From a virus (Duplodnaviria; Caudoviricetes), in IMG/VR virus record IMGVR_UViG_3300020470_000042, positions 1 through 42,474 of that record: 42,474 bases of DNA; one strand, given 5' to 3'. The position numbers and the translations under genes were made by a program. Below the pieces are notes generated by a model. That model had not been told where the DNA came from and did not search any database. It was given only the letters and a program-made list of their open reading frames with translations. How positions within the stretch are numbered: position 1 is the stretch's first letter; the number at the start of each line of letters is the position of its first letter. Shown here piece after piece: positions 27,040 through 36,869 of the stretch.

Positions 27040-27431
27040 TAGAAAGTTTAATAGGTCCAGTTACCGGTTTACTAGATAAATTTGTAGAAGACAAAGATCA
27101 AAAAGCTAAACTGGCTCACGAGATAGCTACTATGGGAGAACGTCACGCCCAACAAATAGCTATGGCGCAGATTGAAGTGAATAAAGCAGAAGCTGCTTCG
27201 GGCAGTATATTTAAAGGTGGCTGGAGACCCTTCATTGGCTGGGTCTGTGGCATTGCTTTTGCTTATCATTTCATTCTGCAGCCTACTCTTGTTTTTATTT
27301 TAACAGCAGCAGGAGTAGCTTTACCTGATTTACCTGAGTTTGACATGAGTACATTACTTCCAGTACTAGGTGGCATGCTAGGCATCGGGGGATTACGTAC
27401 ATACGAAAAACAAAAAGGACTTGCTAAATGA
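27036..27431 (+). CDS. holin (3TM, GTA-holin/DUF3154-like)
   Basis: LLDKFVEDKDQK, GGWRPFIGWVCG and GMLGIGGLRTYEK motifs. Confidence 0.85.
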   Translation: MIESLIGPVTGLLDKFVEDKDQKAKLAHEIATMGERHAQQIAMAQIEVNKAEAASGSIFKGGWRPFIGWVCGIAFAYHFILQPTLVFILTAAGVALPDLPEFDMSTLLPVLGGMLGIGGLRTYEKQKGLAK

Positions 27432-27937
27432 AAGAAAATTTTGACAAATGTTTAGAGATGCTTTTGCATCACGAAGGTGGGTATGTAAACCATCCTGACG
27501 ATCCAGGAGGAATAACTAATTTAGGGGTTACTAAAAAAGTTTATGAAACATGGGTGGGTCGCAAAGTATCTGAACAAGAAATGAAAGACCTTACGCCTGC
27601 TGACGTTGCTCCGATATATAAAAGAAACTATTGGGACCGTATTCAAGGAGACAACTTGCCTTCTGGTATAGATTGGGCAGCATTCGACTGGGCGGTTAAT
27701 AGCGGTACTGGACGCTCTGCTAAAGCTGTGCAGCAAATAGTGGGAGCAGAACAAGACGGAGCTATAGGACCTAAAACCTTGGCCCTAATTGAAAAGCAAG
27801 ACCCACAGTTTATGGTAAAAGAATTTGGAAAAATTAGACAGGAGTTTTATGAAAATTTATCTACTTTTAAAACGTTTGGTAAAGGCTGGACTAGACGCAA
27901 TAAAGAAACTACTGATGTGGCCTTGGAAATGGTTTAG
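27428..27937 (+). CDS. endolysin, glycoside hydrolase family 108 with peptidoglycan-binding domain
   Basis: HEGGYVNHPDDPGG.TN.GVT catalytic motif; FD.AVNSG; DGAIGPKT; FGKGWTRR. Confidence 0.93.
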   Translation: MKENFDKCLEMLLHHEGGYVNHPDDPGGITNLGVTKKVYETWVGRKVSEQEMKDLTPADVAPIYKRNYWDRIQGDNLPSGIDWAAFDWAVNSGTGRSAKAVQQIVGAEQDGAIGPKTLALIEKQDPQFMVKEFGKIRQEFYENLSTFKTFGKGWTRRNKETTDVALEMV

Positions 27938-28100
27938 GTCTAGGCGGAGGTGACTCCAACATTAAAGGTCTAGTAAATTCGGCACAAAGTATATTTTTAT
28001 CAGGATACCGTTGTTTAGCTTCTTCTTGACAATTTTCTTGAGAAGAAAATTCTAAAAAAACTACAAGAACGTATACCTTTACTTCACCCATTCTCTCCAC
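27909..28100 (-). CDS. small hypothetical protein
   Basis: last ORF of the minus arm; hydrophobic stretch, F.S.E.C motif, Pro-rich tail; start uncertain. Confidence 0.5.
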   Translation of the reverse strand: MERMGEVKVYVLVVFLEFSSQENCQEEAKQRYPDKNILCAEFTRPLMLESPPPRPKPFPRPHQ

Positions 28101-29527
28101 TCGTCACCCATGACTTGCTGGGCTATATTCTTTTTATCTTTTAAAGCATTAACTATTTTTTCATCAATTGTTCCTCGACATATCATGTCAACGTAAACGA
28201 CTGTTTTGTCTTGACCGATTCTATGAGCTCTATCTTCAGATTGTAACCTGTGTTCTAAGTTAAAGTTATTAGAATAATAAACTACAGTATCAGCAGCTGT
28301 AAGTGTAATACCCATAGAACCTGTTTGAGGATTTCCTACAAAGAAACGGCAGGTTTTATCTTGTTGAAACCTATCAATAGCGGTGTTCCTATCATCTTGA
28401 CTCACGGCCCCATAATAAGCTACAGTAGACTCATCACCATACTCTGTTTTAAGAGCCGCTAGAATTGCTTTAATATCTTCTATGTATGTTGCCCATATAA
28501 TTACTTTGTTTGGTGCCTCTTCTAAAACTTGTAAGAGCTCTTTAATTCTATTATTAGGTATTTGAATTATTTCTTTTTCATCAGAAGTATAGTGACCACA
28601 AGTAACTTGGTGTAATCTTAACATTTGAGTAAGTACTGTATCAACAGAAAGAATCTTGTTTTCAAGAGAAGTAACAGCAAAATCAGATAGCTGCTTATAA
28701 ACTGTTTTTTGTTCTGGTGTTAAGTCAATTTCTCTATACTGATATATTTTAGGTGGTAAGTCTAAGCACTGTTCTTTTTTAATTCTAAAAGAATATGGTT
28801 GTATTAGTTCATTTAATTCTTCTAGTCTTTGATACCCGACTACTTTTTTAAATGATCTAGTTCCTGCTTTCATATCTACAACGACAGCATACCTATTTCT
28901 AAAAGTATAGTAGCTGCTAAAACCTAAACACACATCATTAAGAAAATTAAACTGTGTATATAAATCTAAAGGACTACGAGTTACAGGCTCTCCTGTTAAT
29001 ATTCTTTTGTATCGAGCAAGCAATCCAATTTTAATAATGCTTTTAGTACGTGCTGCTTTAGGGTTTTTAATAGTTGTTGACTCGTCTACAACCATCATTG
29101 AATTACCTCCACAACGTAAAAAGGTTGTAGCAAATTTAGTTCCTTTACTAGTACTAAAGGCTTCAACATTCATTACTAATATTTTAAGATCAAGTGTACC
29201 TTGTAATATTTTTTCTAACTTTTGCTTTTGATCTTTAGTAGGAGCTGCAGACCAAGTTGCAATTTTAGTTTGAATATGGTCTGGCATGTGAGTTGGGACT
29301 TCATTGCGTGTCCAATTCTGATAAGTACCCTTGGGGGCAATTATTAAAACGGAATCTATCCGACCTCGATCATATAAATAAGCAATGTTATCTATAATAA
29401 CCTTAGATTTGCCAGTTCCCATGTCCATAAACAGTGCAAACTCATCTTTTTCTTTAGAAAGTTCCCAGGCCTTTCTCTGATGGGCGTAGGGACGGGTCTT
29501 AAATGGGTATATATTACTATGCGTCAT
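28079..29527 (-). CDS. SNF2-family (SF2) helicase
   Basis: PYAHQ, MDMGTGKS, VVDES, ILTGEP, GITLT and QSEDRAHRIGQ motifs. Confidence 0.93.
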   Translation of the reverse strand: MTHSNIYPFKTRPYAHQRKAWELSKEKDEFALFMDMGTGKSKVIIDNIAYLYDRGRIDSVLIIAPKGTYQNWTRNEVPTHMPDHIQTKIATWSAAPTKDQKQKLEKILQGTLDLKILVMNVEAFSTSKGTKFATTFLRCGGNSMMVVDESTTIKNPKAARTKSIIKIGLLARYKRILTGEPVTRSPLDLYTQFNFLNDVCLGFSSYYTFRNRYAVVVDMKAGTRSFKKVVGYQRLEELNELIQPYSFRIKKEQCLDLPPKIYQYREIDLTPEQKTVYKQLSDFAVTSLENKILSVDTVLTQMLRLHQVTCGHYTSDEKEIIQIPNNRIKELLQVLEEAPNKVIIWATYIEDIKAILAALKTEYGDESTVAYYGAVSQDDRNTAIDRFQQDKTCRFFVGNPQTGSMGITLTAADTVVYYSNNFNLEHRLQSEDRAHRIGQDKTVVYVDMICRGTIDEKIVNALKDKKNIAQQVMGDEWREWVK

Positions 29528-29561
29528 ACTTTTCTCCGCTCTCTATGGTCATCCTCTGAGG

Positions 29562-31031
29562 TCAAATTTCGAAAAACAGGCGGGAAGATGGCTGAATTAT
29601 GTTTAACCCGCTCTTTGCACGCGTAGCTGCCACATAAAACACTCTTAACTCGTCATCAGGAAACATTTGCATGTATCTATGTGATCGAGCAGCCATGTCA
29701 GTGATAATAGCAACGTGATCTGCTTCTCCTCCTTTGACTCCGTGGATTGTATTAATTTTAATTCTTGGTTTTAAAAGACTTTCGCCTTGTCTTTTAGCTG
29801 CTAAGAAGTATTCTCTTAGGGTTGCGCTTATATTACCAAAGACCTTGAACCAAGGACCATAGTCTACTGGCAAATCTGATAAAGCATAAATACGTTCGTC
29901 ATCAATATTTTTTAAGGAGAAACCATGAAACCGACGAATATTTTTAAGCTGCTTACCAACTACTGTTTCGCCATGTCCGAGTCTAGTCCAATCTTTAATT
30001 GCTCTCAATGCACTAGATTGGAGAGGTTTACGGCTTGGGCTTTCATAAGGATAACCGTTTTGCTCGCAAATACGTTCATAGTGTCGTAGTAAGTAATCGT
30101 TCCTAGCTAGGCATAGCCATTCTCCAGAATCAAGTTCTAAGTCTTCTACGCTAAAGTGATAAGCAACATACCCAGGGGATCCATTGTGGCTAAAACGCTT
30201 TGGTTCTCTGTTTTCAATGTTATCTAGGATGTCCTTGGCTATAGTATGTACAGCTTTAGGTATACGATATGAATGAGAGAGCACTGTTTTTGTACCAGGA
30301 AGATTAGTAAACTCATCTACTGCTGCTCCCGCCCATCGGTATATCGCTTGGTCATCATCACCAGCAGCATATTTAAGTGGAATATCTGAAGCTAGTTTGT
30401 GAACTACTTTCCATTGCATTTTAGATAAGTCCTGAGCTTCGTCTACAAATAAAGCATCTAACTTAGGAGCATGTCCTTCTTTTATCCATTTATCTAGTAA
30501 ATCAGTAAAGTCTAAAAGCTTACGCTTTTCTTTATACTGTGCTAAAGCATTAGAAGCGATAACAAGTTGAGCATAGTTAAGATCATCGTCAACTGTTTTT
30601 TCATAAACTTCTCTAAGTGATAAACCGCTAATTCTAGAAAGATTATCTAAGAAAAATAACCTGTCTCCAATAGGCATTGACTGGACGTATGCTTCATCAT
30701 TCATGATTCCTGTGCCTGATACATCAACTCCAAGAAGTTCTCCTAGTTCTATCCAATGTTCTTTTTGCATCATACCACTTGGATTAGTACCAAGCTGCAT
30801 AAAACAGAAGCTATGTATTGTTCGAAAATAAATTAAATCTTCATCTGTCAAGTTAAACTTTTCTTGAGCCCTGGTCCTAGCTTCATTAGCCGCACGTCTA
30901 GTAAATGCGATGTAACCTATACGACTAGGATCAGTTCCTTTTTTAATTTGATCTTCTACAAACTTAATACCGTATGTAGTTTTTCCAGTACCAGGTGGAC
31001 CAAATACTATGTTCCAATCAGAAGAGGTCAT
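29562..31031 (-). CDS. UvrD/Rep-like SF1 helicase
   Basis: GPPGTGKTT, FTRRAA, VDEAQD, GDDDQAIY, TIHGVKGGE and YVAATRAK motifs. Confidence 0.93.
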   Translation of the reverse strand: MTSSDWNIVFGPPGTGKTTYGIKFVEDQIKKGTDPSRIGYIAFTRRAANEARTRAQEKFNLTDEDLIYFRTIHSFCFMQLGTNPSGMMQKEHWIELGELLGVDVSGTGIMNDEAYVQSMPIGDRLFFLDNLSRISGLSLREVYEKTVDDDLNYAQLVIASNALAQYKEKRKLLDFTDLLDKWIKEGHAPKLDALFVDEAQDLSKMQWKVVHKLASDIPLKYAAGDDDQAIYRWAGAAVDEFTNLPGTKTVLSHSYRIPKAVHTIAKDILDNIENREPKRFSHNGSPGYVAYHFSVEDLELDSGEWLCLARNDYLLRHYERICEQNGYPYESPSRKPLQSSALRAIKDWTRLGHGETVVGKQLKNIRRFHGFSLKNIDDERIYALSDLPVDYGPWFKVFGNISATLREYFLAAKRQGESLLKPRIKINTIHGVKGGEADHVAIITDMAARSHRYMQMFPDDELRVFYVAATRAKSGLNIIQPSSRLFFEI

Positions 31032-32502
31032 CTTTACCTTCTACTTTTGGAGTTTCTAATTCTTCTGTATTTTGGTCAAAAGTAGGAATAGACCAGCAGT
31101 TAACTCCTTTTCCTTTACAATTAAAAAAGTGGTGTTCAGCATCTTGGTTTTTTAGAATTGACGTAACTTGGTGAACCCTATAATCTCTAAAATGTATTCT
31201 ATCTAGATAAGCCATTAAGTCTGTAATTCTAAAATAATGACGACCATTTTCTGTCCATGGTTTACCAAGTATAAGCTCATCTCTATTTTTAGCTTGTACT
31301 CTTCCATTACAAAACCTATCGATGTGTTCCATAAGCTGACCAATAGGACTAGCATCAGCCGGAGCTTCTACTATAGTTAAGTTTTCTAATAAATGGTTTA
31401 TTAACTTAGTCCATGCTTGATCAGACATTTTATTAGGCATAGTGTTTAGTTTTTCCATGCACTTACGTTGAAACCTTCTTTGGTTTTGTAAATCATCTGT
31501 TTCTAACTCTAATCTACCTCCACCATCTACATCTAAAAACCAAATAGGAGGAGCTGTATTAAATTTAGTAAGACTATGGATTGCTGGAAGATCATTACTA
31601 CCATCAATACCAAATTTCCGAAGTTTACAAACAGCAGCATTACAATACGGTGCAATAGGTGCTTTGCTGCAAGTAAACTGATATTCTTTTCTACTTGCAG
31701 ATTTAACTACGGCTTGTACTTCTGAACTAGATAAAGGTGGATCCATTAGTTTTATATTAAAACTTTCCATATCCGGTTTCCAGTTATCAGGATCTCTTTT
31801 ACGACAATATACTGCTATATTAAAAAGTCCATTATTTCTAGTACCAGAAGGAAAACCTTGTGTACTTAAATGCTGGAGACAAGGAGGTCCGTCATCAAAG
31901 TCCGATGTTGGCTGCTTAATTTTAAGGTCTTGTAATTCAGAAAGACTTAATCTAGCAGCTAAAGCTTTTTCTACAAACTCGTTAGGCTTTAATTTATTGC
32001 ACCAGCGCTCTGTATTAAAATAAGGCATATTGATCCACTGACCCACATCTCCTCTATCTGCTAAAATTTGAGTTTGCTTAGGAAATATTTCTGATCCTCC
32101 AAAGCCTAATGCTGCTGCCATATCTCTTAGTTTTGCTTGTAGTATATCTGCTGGTACCCATTCTTTTGTAAATAAATACATATGAACACCTCCACTTTTC
32201 GATTGACAAGGCCATAGTGGAAGATTTAATGTTTTAAGTTTCTCATTAATCTTTTTTAAATCTAATCCGTCATACTGGTCTACATCAATTGCTCCAAACC
32301 TACAGCAACTGTCATCATTTATAGGAATAATACCTAATCCTTTTTGGCCGGCTAAATGCATTTCCCATTTGGTTTCAGTAACGTCTTCTCTAACGGTTTT
32401 AGCAATGCCTTGCTTTTTACCGTCAGCTCTTTCGCCACTAATATCATAGCTGCCATGGGCTCTTTCTAAGCCCATAAATAATTCTTTAAACTGTTTTTTC
32501 AT
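31018..32502 (-). CDS. AEP-type primase with PriCT-like C-terminal region
   Basis: FGAIDVD, SKSGGVH, INMPY, PPCL...G.RNN motifs, Cys cluster. Confidence 0.8.
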   Translation of the reverse strand: MKKQFKELFMGLERAHGSYDISGERADGKKQGIAKTVREDVTETKWEMHLAGQKGLGIIPINDDSCCRFGAIDVDQYDGLDLKKINEKLKTLNLPLWPCQSKSGGVHMYLFTKEWVPADILQAKLRDMAAALGFGGSEIFPKQTQILADRGDVGQWINMPYFNTERWCNKLKPNEFVEKALAARLSLSELQDLKIKQPTSDFDDGPPCLQHLSTQGFPSGTRNNGLFNIAVYCRKRDPDNWKPDMESFNIKLMDPPLSSSEVQAVVKSASRKEYQFTCSKAPIAPYCNAAVCKLRKFGIDGSNDLPAIHSLTKFNTAPPIWFLDVDGGGRLELETDDLQNQRRFQRKCMEKLNTMPNKMSDQAWTKLINHLLENLTIVEAPADASPIGQLMEHIDRFCNGRVQAKNRDELILGKPWTENGRHYFRITDLMAYLDRIHFRDYRVHQVTSILKNQDAEHHFFNCKGKGVNCWSIPTFDQNTEELETPKVEGKDDLF

Positions 32503-32542
32503 AGTGGTTAGGGGACCTTAATAAATAAGATCCCCTACTCCT
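32503..32542 (-). promoter_or_regulatory. hairpin lying between SD and start codon of primase
   Basis: AGGAG-[TAGGGGATCTTA tttat TAAGGTCCCCTA]-ACCACT-ATG. Confidence 0.65.
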
Positions 32543-33280
32543 TTACATTATATCAGAAGCAGCGTTTGTATCTGTTTCAGGCATAGGAGGTCCTGCTTGT
32601 ACTTCTCCTTTTGTAACCTGGTGACAAAATTGCTTGGCATCTTGATATAGTCCTTGGTCATTTACTGGCTTTAATAATTCAATATCCCAGCCGTACCAAG
32701 AACCCTGCTCGTTTTTACTCATAACAGTACTCATCTTATACATATGTGAGTATCTTGCTGGAGTAACCATTTGACCATCAGGACCTGGAACTTTAAGACC
32801 AGCCATAACACTGTTCCAGCGTCTGTTCGGTTTAAGCTGAGTGCTAGTCATGGTAATTAATCCTCTGTCATAACCAGCATCTGTAACAGTAATTACAAAA
32901 TGATTTGCGGTTTCAACAAGGATATTTCCTGATTTAGTTATCAGCTTATTATCAACACGAGAATGCTCTGGTAACTTTTTAGCAGCGTGTACTCCGACAA
33001 GACCACCGCCTTGTTCTCTTGGTACCCATTCAACAAAATTTCTTACATAGCCGCAAGGAACTATTGTAATAGAATCTGTTGCTACTTCAGTAACAGTATT
33101 CCAAATCTGTCCTGCTTTAGCATCGCTTGTGTCAAGTTGTGGTGACATTTTTTGTAATATCACTAGGTATGGGATAGCATAATCCTGTGCGGTCATACCA
33201 TCTAATCCATCAGAGGCATCTTCTGCAAAATTAATAACAGAAGGAAGTTGCTCTTTATTTTTTTGTAAACCATGAGCCAT
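32543..33280 (-). CDS. putative single-stranded DNA-binding protein
   Basis: IP.L.ILQ.MSPQ, VEW.PR, M.STQLK..RRWNS and N.QGSWYGW motifs, acidic tail, in the replication module. Confidence 0.65.
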   Translation of the reverse strand: MAHGLQKNKEQLPSVINFAEDASDGLDGMTAQDYAIPYLVILQKMSPQLDTSDAKAGQIWNTVTEVATDSITIVPCGYVRNFVEWVPREQGGGLVGVHAAKKLPEHSRVDNKLITKSGNILVETANHFVITVTDAGYDRGLITMTSTQLKPNRRWNSVMAGLKVPGPDGQMVTPARYSHMYKMSTVMSKNEQGSWYGWDIELLKPVNDQGLYQDAKQFCHQVTKGEVQAGPPMPETDTNAASDIM

Positions 33281-33283
33281 GAT

Positions 33284-33814
33284 TTAGTCCTCCTTAATTG
33301 ATGTTTTCTGCCCAATATAAATACCGAGTAAGTCCATGGGCAGTGTCTGTCCTTTCTCGGTTTGCTCTTTCACCCAACCTCCAAGTGTTTGGTGATGAAC
33401 TCCTGTTTTACTAGAAAATTTTTGCTTGTCGTCTCTTAAAGTCATTTTCATAGCTTCAGCTTTTGCATCTTCGCCTTTACCATAGTCGATAGTAATAGTA
33501 TTTTTAATTAAATCTCCATGATTATTGTTTCTTAACCAGTCATGAGCTTCATCTATTCTATCTTTAGGAATTGACGCACTGTAAAAATTAGAGAGTTTAA
33601 TACGATAATCAACTCCATTTATATTTGCTTTTCCATCTAATCCTACTAGACCTAACTCAGCAACAGCTTCAGGAAATTCTATTTCGCTAATTTGCTTTAA
33701 TTCTTGCTTTTTCTTTTTAAGTCTTTCTTCTGCAACTTCAATTTCAATTCCTAAATTAATATGCTTTTGCATAAGATCTAATAATACAGGATTTGTGATA
33801 TTAGTTTTCGTCAT
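33284..33814 (-). CDS. conserved replication-module protein
   Basis: coiled coil, WLR.N.HGDLIKN and VH.QTL..WVKE motifs. Confidence 0.75.
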   Translation of the reverse strand: MTKTNITNPVLLDLMQKHINLGIEIEVAEERLKKKKQELKQISEIEFPEAVAELGLVGLDGKANINGVDYRIKLSNFYSASIPKDRIDEAHDWLRNNNHGDLIKNTITIDYGKGEDAKAEAMKMTLRDDKQKFSSKTGVHHQTLGGWVKEQTEKGQTLPMDLLGIYIGQKTSIKED

Positions 33815-34154
33815 CTAATTCTCCTTTATATAAAGAAACTTCTACAACATAATAAGCCATTTCTTGCTTATCCCATTTTAAAAGTTTAAGTTTGCCACGA
33901 TTAGCATCAGATGCAACAGCACCAGCCATTGCTATAGCTGCAGGATCTCCCATTAATAATAAATAATCATTATCAGAAAAATTCCTTAATTTATCTCTAA
34001 GTCTACGTATTGTAGGACTTGAGCTAAAAGCTACATTACCAGGAGGTAGCAAAATGTCTATAGTACCATACATAGTAGCAGGAATAAGGTTTCTACCTCT
34101 AGCTTCCTGAACCACGTAAACTTTTGGTCCTACAATATCCATACTTGGTTTCAT
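33801..34154 (-). CDS. hypothetical protein (117 aa, MKPSMDIVG...)
   Basis: start reassigned to the ATG behind AGAAAGGAG; DYLLLMGDP and LKWD motifs. Confidence 0.75.
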   Translation of the reverse strand: MKPSMDIVGPKVYVVQEARGRNLIPATMYGTIDILLPPGNVAFSSSPTIRRLRDKLRNFSDNDYLLLMGDPAAIAMAGAVASDANRGKLKLLKWDKQEMAYYVVEVSLYKGELDDEN

Positions 34155-34176
34155 ACCATTCTCCTTTCTAAGATTT

Positions 34177-34205
34177 ATAGTACTTTTATTTTTAATTTTT
34201 GTAAA
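34177..34205 (-). promoter_or_regulatory. putative promoter for the SSB/primase/helicase genes
   Basis: TTTACA-N17-TACTAT upstream of the RBS. Confidence 0.6.
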
Positions 34206-34614
34206 TATGACCATACAATTTTTCCGATATTTTCTGCCAGTTCCAAGGTTTTTTAAATTTTTCGTGTTCAATTTTTTCAATCGGAATTTTGCAGCTTTTT
34301 CTATCTTTTGCAGGAATAGCATAGTGAAGCTTACAACAAATATTACGAGCATCAGCAATGCAAAGTTCGTCTTTATCTCGCCATAAAACAGCGCATGCTC
34401 CACCATGGCCAACAACTCTTTTATGAAACCAAGATATTTGAGAAGACCTAAAATGTAACCATTTACCTTTGGCCGTTTTTAGTTCTATCCAGGTTTCATG
34501 ACCTTTAAAACAAGCGTGAACATCTGGTGTACCTGATCCGGAAGTATTTTCTATTCGAATCAGGTGCCCAAAAATTCCTTTTTTAGCAAGTTGCCATAAA
34601 GCTGCTTCACTCAT
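34192..34614 (-). CDS. PD-(D/E)XK nuclease (Holliday junction resolvase/VRR-NUC-like)
   Basis: MSEA.LW, RIEN...GTPDV, WIELK and Q.SW motifs. Confidence 0.85.
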   Translation of the reverse strand: MSEAALWQLAKKGIFGHLIRIENTSGSGTPDVHACFKGHETWIELKTAKGKWLHFRSSQISWFHKRVVGHGGACAVLWRDKDELCIADARNICCKLHYAIPAKDRKSCKIPIEKIEHEKFKKPWNWQKISEKLYGHIYKN

Positions 34615-34972
34615 GATAAGGAGGATAAGCGTTTCTAGCTAATTTAAGTGCTTCCATATAAACATTTGAATACATGTTACGTTGATACGGATCCATTTTA
34701 TCTGCTTTATGTAAGTGCGCTTTAAAATTATCATAAGTAAGATTATCCATTATTCCACTCATTAAAGCTCTAAAGTCTAATGAAGGTAAACTAATTCTAA
34801 ACTCATAATCATTTCCGATAGTATGTTCTATTTTATCTTTAAAGTCTTTCATTTTCGCACTTTCAAGTAATCTTGGTAAACAAGCTTTTGTTCTAGCTCT
34901 AACTAAAACATGTCCTCGTCTTTGATTATTTTGAACAACACTTATCATTCCTTCTTGTGTAAATATCCACAT
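34607..34972 (-). CDS. conserved hypothetical phage protein
   Basis: MWIFT..G.ISVV, LVRAR, DY.FR and Y.NFK motifs; AGAAAGGAG RBS. Confidence 0.8.
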   Translation of the reverse strand: MWIFTQEGMISVVQNNQRRGHVLVRARTKACLPRLLESAKMKDFKDKIEHTIGNDYEFRISLPSLDFRALMSGIMDNLTYDNFKAHLHKADKMDPYQRNMYSNVYMEALKLARNAYPPYHE

Positions 34973-34985
34973 AGTTTCTCCTTTC

Positions 34986-36869
34986 TTATTTAATTTCGCC
35001 CCAATTAGGACCTAATTCAACGTCAACTTTAAGAGGAACCTCAAGGTTAACGCAGTTTTCCATGATTTCACGAAAAACATCTGGTTGATTGCTTGTCTTT
35101 GGTACTGTAAAATCTAGTTCATCATGAACAGTAATATGAGGAACGTGTCCTTCTTTCCAAAGCAGCAACATTGCTTTCTTTATCATATCAGCACTACTAC
35201 CTTGTATTAAAGCGTTTAATGCTTTATGAGTAAATGATCTTCTTAACGGTCTATCTTTCCATACTTTAGTAGCAGCTTCAAAATTAAGAGGCATTTCTCT
35301 ATTAGGCCAAGTATTTCTACTATCTGCCGGTTCAAACATATTAAAATGTCTATGACGTCCTAATAAAGTTTTAACATAACCTTTACTATTTGCAGATCTA
35401 GTGCACTGGTGCGCGAGCTGCCTGACAAAGGGAACTCGCGCATGGTACTGCTCAAATATTGGCTTGGCATCTATTTGTTCCATTCCTAATTCTTGGCTAA
35501 GTTTAAAAATACCCATGCCATAGAACATTCCTAGATTAATAGTCTTGGCCTGTTTGCGACCAATACCAGCCATATCCGCAACTACTTGATGAAAATCAGT
35601 GTCGTGGTTTTGCTTATACATTTGTACAGCATTTTTAGATCCTTTTAAACCTAATAAATAGGCATAATGCAATAAAACTCTAGGTTCTTGTTGACTGTAA
35701 TCAAGACAAGCCCACTGACCGCCTTCGTCAGGGAGAAACAAAGAGCGAATCAGTGGACCCCAGTACTCGTCTCTTGCAGGGATTTGCTGCAAGTTGGGAG
35801 TTGACGAGCTGAACCTACCCGTTCTTGTGCCATCAGAATCTTTTCTTAAAGCATGGAACTGGGCATGAACTCTACCATTATACTGCTGTTTTAAACAAAT
35901 GCCTTCTATAAAATCTCTTCTCATTTTATTTGTTTTACGCCATTCTGCAACTTTTTTAGCAAAATTATGCTCGTGATTATTTAACCAATCACTTGTAAAA
36001 GACGGATTTCCTTTTTGGGTTTTAGGATACCATATACCAAGGTTATCAAAAGCTTTTGATAGCTCATCTGCTGACCAGGGTTCTAATACAATGCCACATT
36101 CTTTTCGTAAATCTGTTAATAACTCTGCTTCTTTACTAAGACAAGTTTCATTAAGTTGTTCTGCTTTAGACGTATCTATTCTAACTCCTTTAAACCTCAT
36201 GTCTAATATAACTCTGAGCAGCTCAGATTCAAGAGTAAAAATATCCCATAAACTGGATTGTTCAAGTTTAACTTTTTGTTGTTTCCATATATCTAAAGGT
36301 AAACGCGCATCTGCTTCAGCATAAGGACCTACGTATCTTGCCGGCAATTGCCATAAGCCTCCTTTAGGATCCACTGAAAATGCTTTAGCTGCTTCTCTTA
36401 ATAGATCTTCATTTTTATCTACATCTAAATAATGCTTAGCTAAATTCGATAAACTATATCCGCCGTCTCGTTCTTCATTAATTAATGGTTCTGCAACTTG
36501 AATATCTCTGAGGTTTCCTTTAACGTCAACCCCTGCTTGCCTAAGCCATTCAAGATCGTAGAGCAAATTTGCTCCAACCTTATCTTGGTTTCCTGAGAAT
36601 GTTTCCCGTGCCCATCTGAGCACAGCGATACTGTCAAGGTTATCTCCTCCTTGGTGAGCGAAGGGGAAATACCCCGTAAAACCAGTGTCCGTTGCCACTG
36701 AGATTCCAACAAGTTTTCCGTCATTACGAACTCCTCCCGGTCCATTAGTTAATAAGTTAGGATCATAGGTTTCAACGTCTAACCCTATAATATTAGCATT
36801 CGACAGATCCGGAAGGTCTGTTGGTGGTCTCCAAGTTGCTTCGGGTAAAAACATATTTAATTGGGCCAT
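34986..36869 (-). CDS. polA: family A DNA polymerase with 3'-5' exonuclease (Leu762 type)
   Basis: LDVET ExoI, TGRFSS.PNLQQIP, DYSQQEPR motif A, KTINLG..YGMG motif B, VHDE motif C. Confidence 0.95.
   Translation of the reverse strand: MAQLNMFLPEATWRPPTDLPDLSNANIIGLDVETYDPNLLTNGPGGVRNDGKLVGISVATDTGFTGYFPFAHQGGDNLDSIAVLRWARETFSGNQDKVGANLLYDLEWLRQAGVDVKGNLRDIQVAEPLINEERDGGYSLSNLAKHYLDVDKNEDLLREAAKAFSVDPKGGLWQLPARYVGPYAEADARLPLDIWKQQKVKLEQSSLWDIFTLESELLRVILDMRFKGVRIDTSKAEQLNETCLSKEAELLTDLRKECGIVLEPWSADELSKAFDNLGIWYPKTQKGNPSFTSDWLNNHEHNFAKKVAEWRKTNKMRRDFIEGICLKQQYNGRVHAQFHALRKDSDGTRTGRFSSSTPNLQQIPARDEYWGPLIRSLFLPDEGGQWACLDYSQQEPRVLLHYAYLLGLKGSKNAVQMYKQNHDTDFHQVVADMAGIGRKQAKTINLGMFYGMGIFKLSQELGMEQIDAKPIFEQYHARVPFVRQLAHQCTRSANSKGYVKTLLGRHRHFNMFEPADSRNTWPNREMPLNFEAATKVWKDRPLRRSFTHKALNALIQGSSADMIKKAMLLLWKEGHVPHITVHDELDFTVPKTSNQPDVFREIMENCVNLEVPLKVDVELGPNWGEIK

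Noticed and set aside
32509-32537. Intrinsic terminator
   Set aside because: No U-tract on the coding strand, and it sits between an SD and a start codon
33801-34415. 204-aa version of this ORF from the track
   Set aside because: The N-terminal 87 aa overlap the nuclease gene; a promoter and strong RBS point to the ATG at 34154
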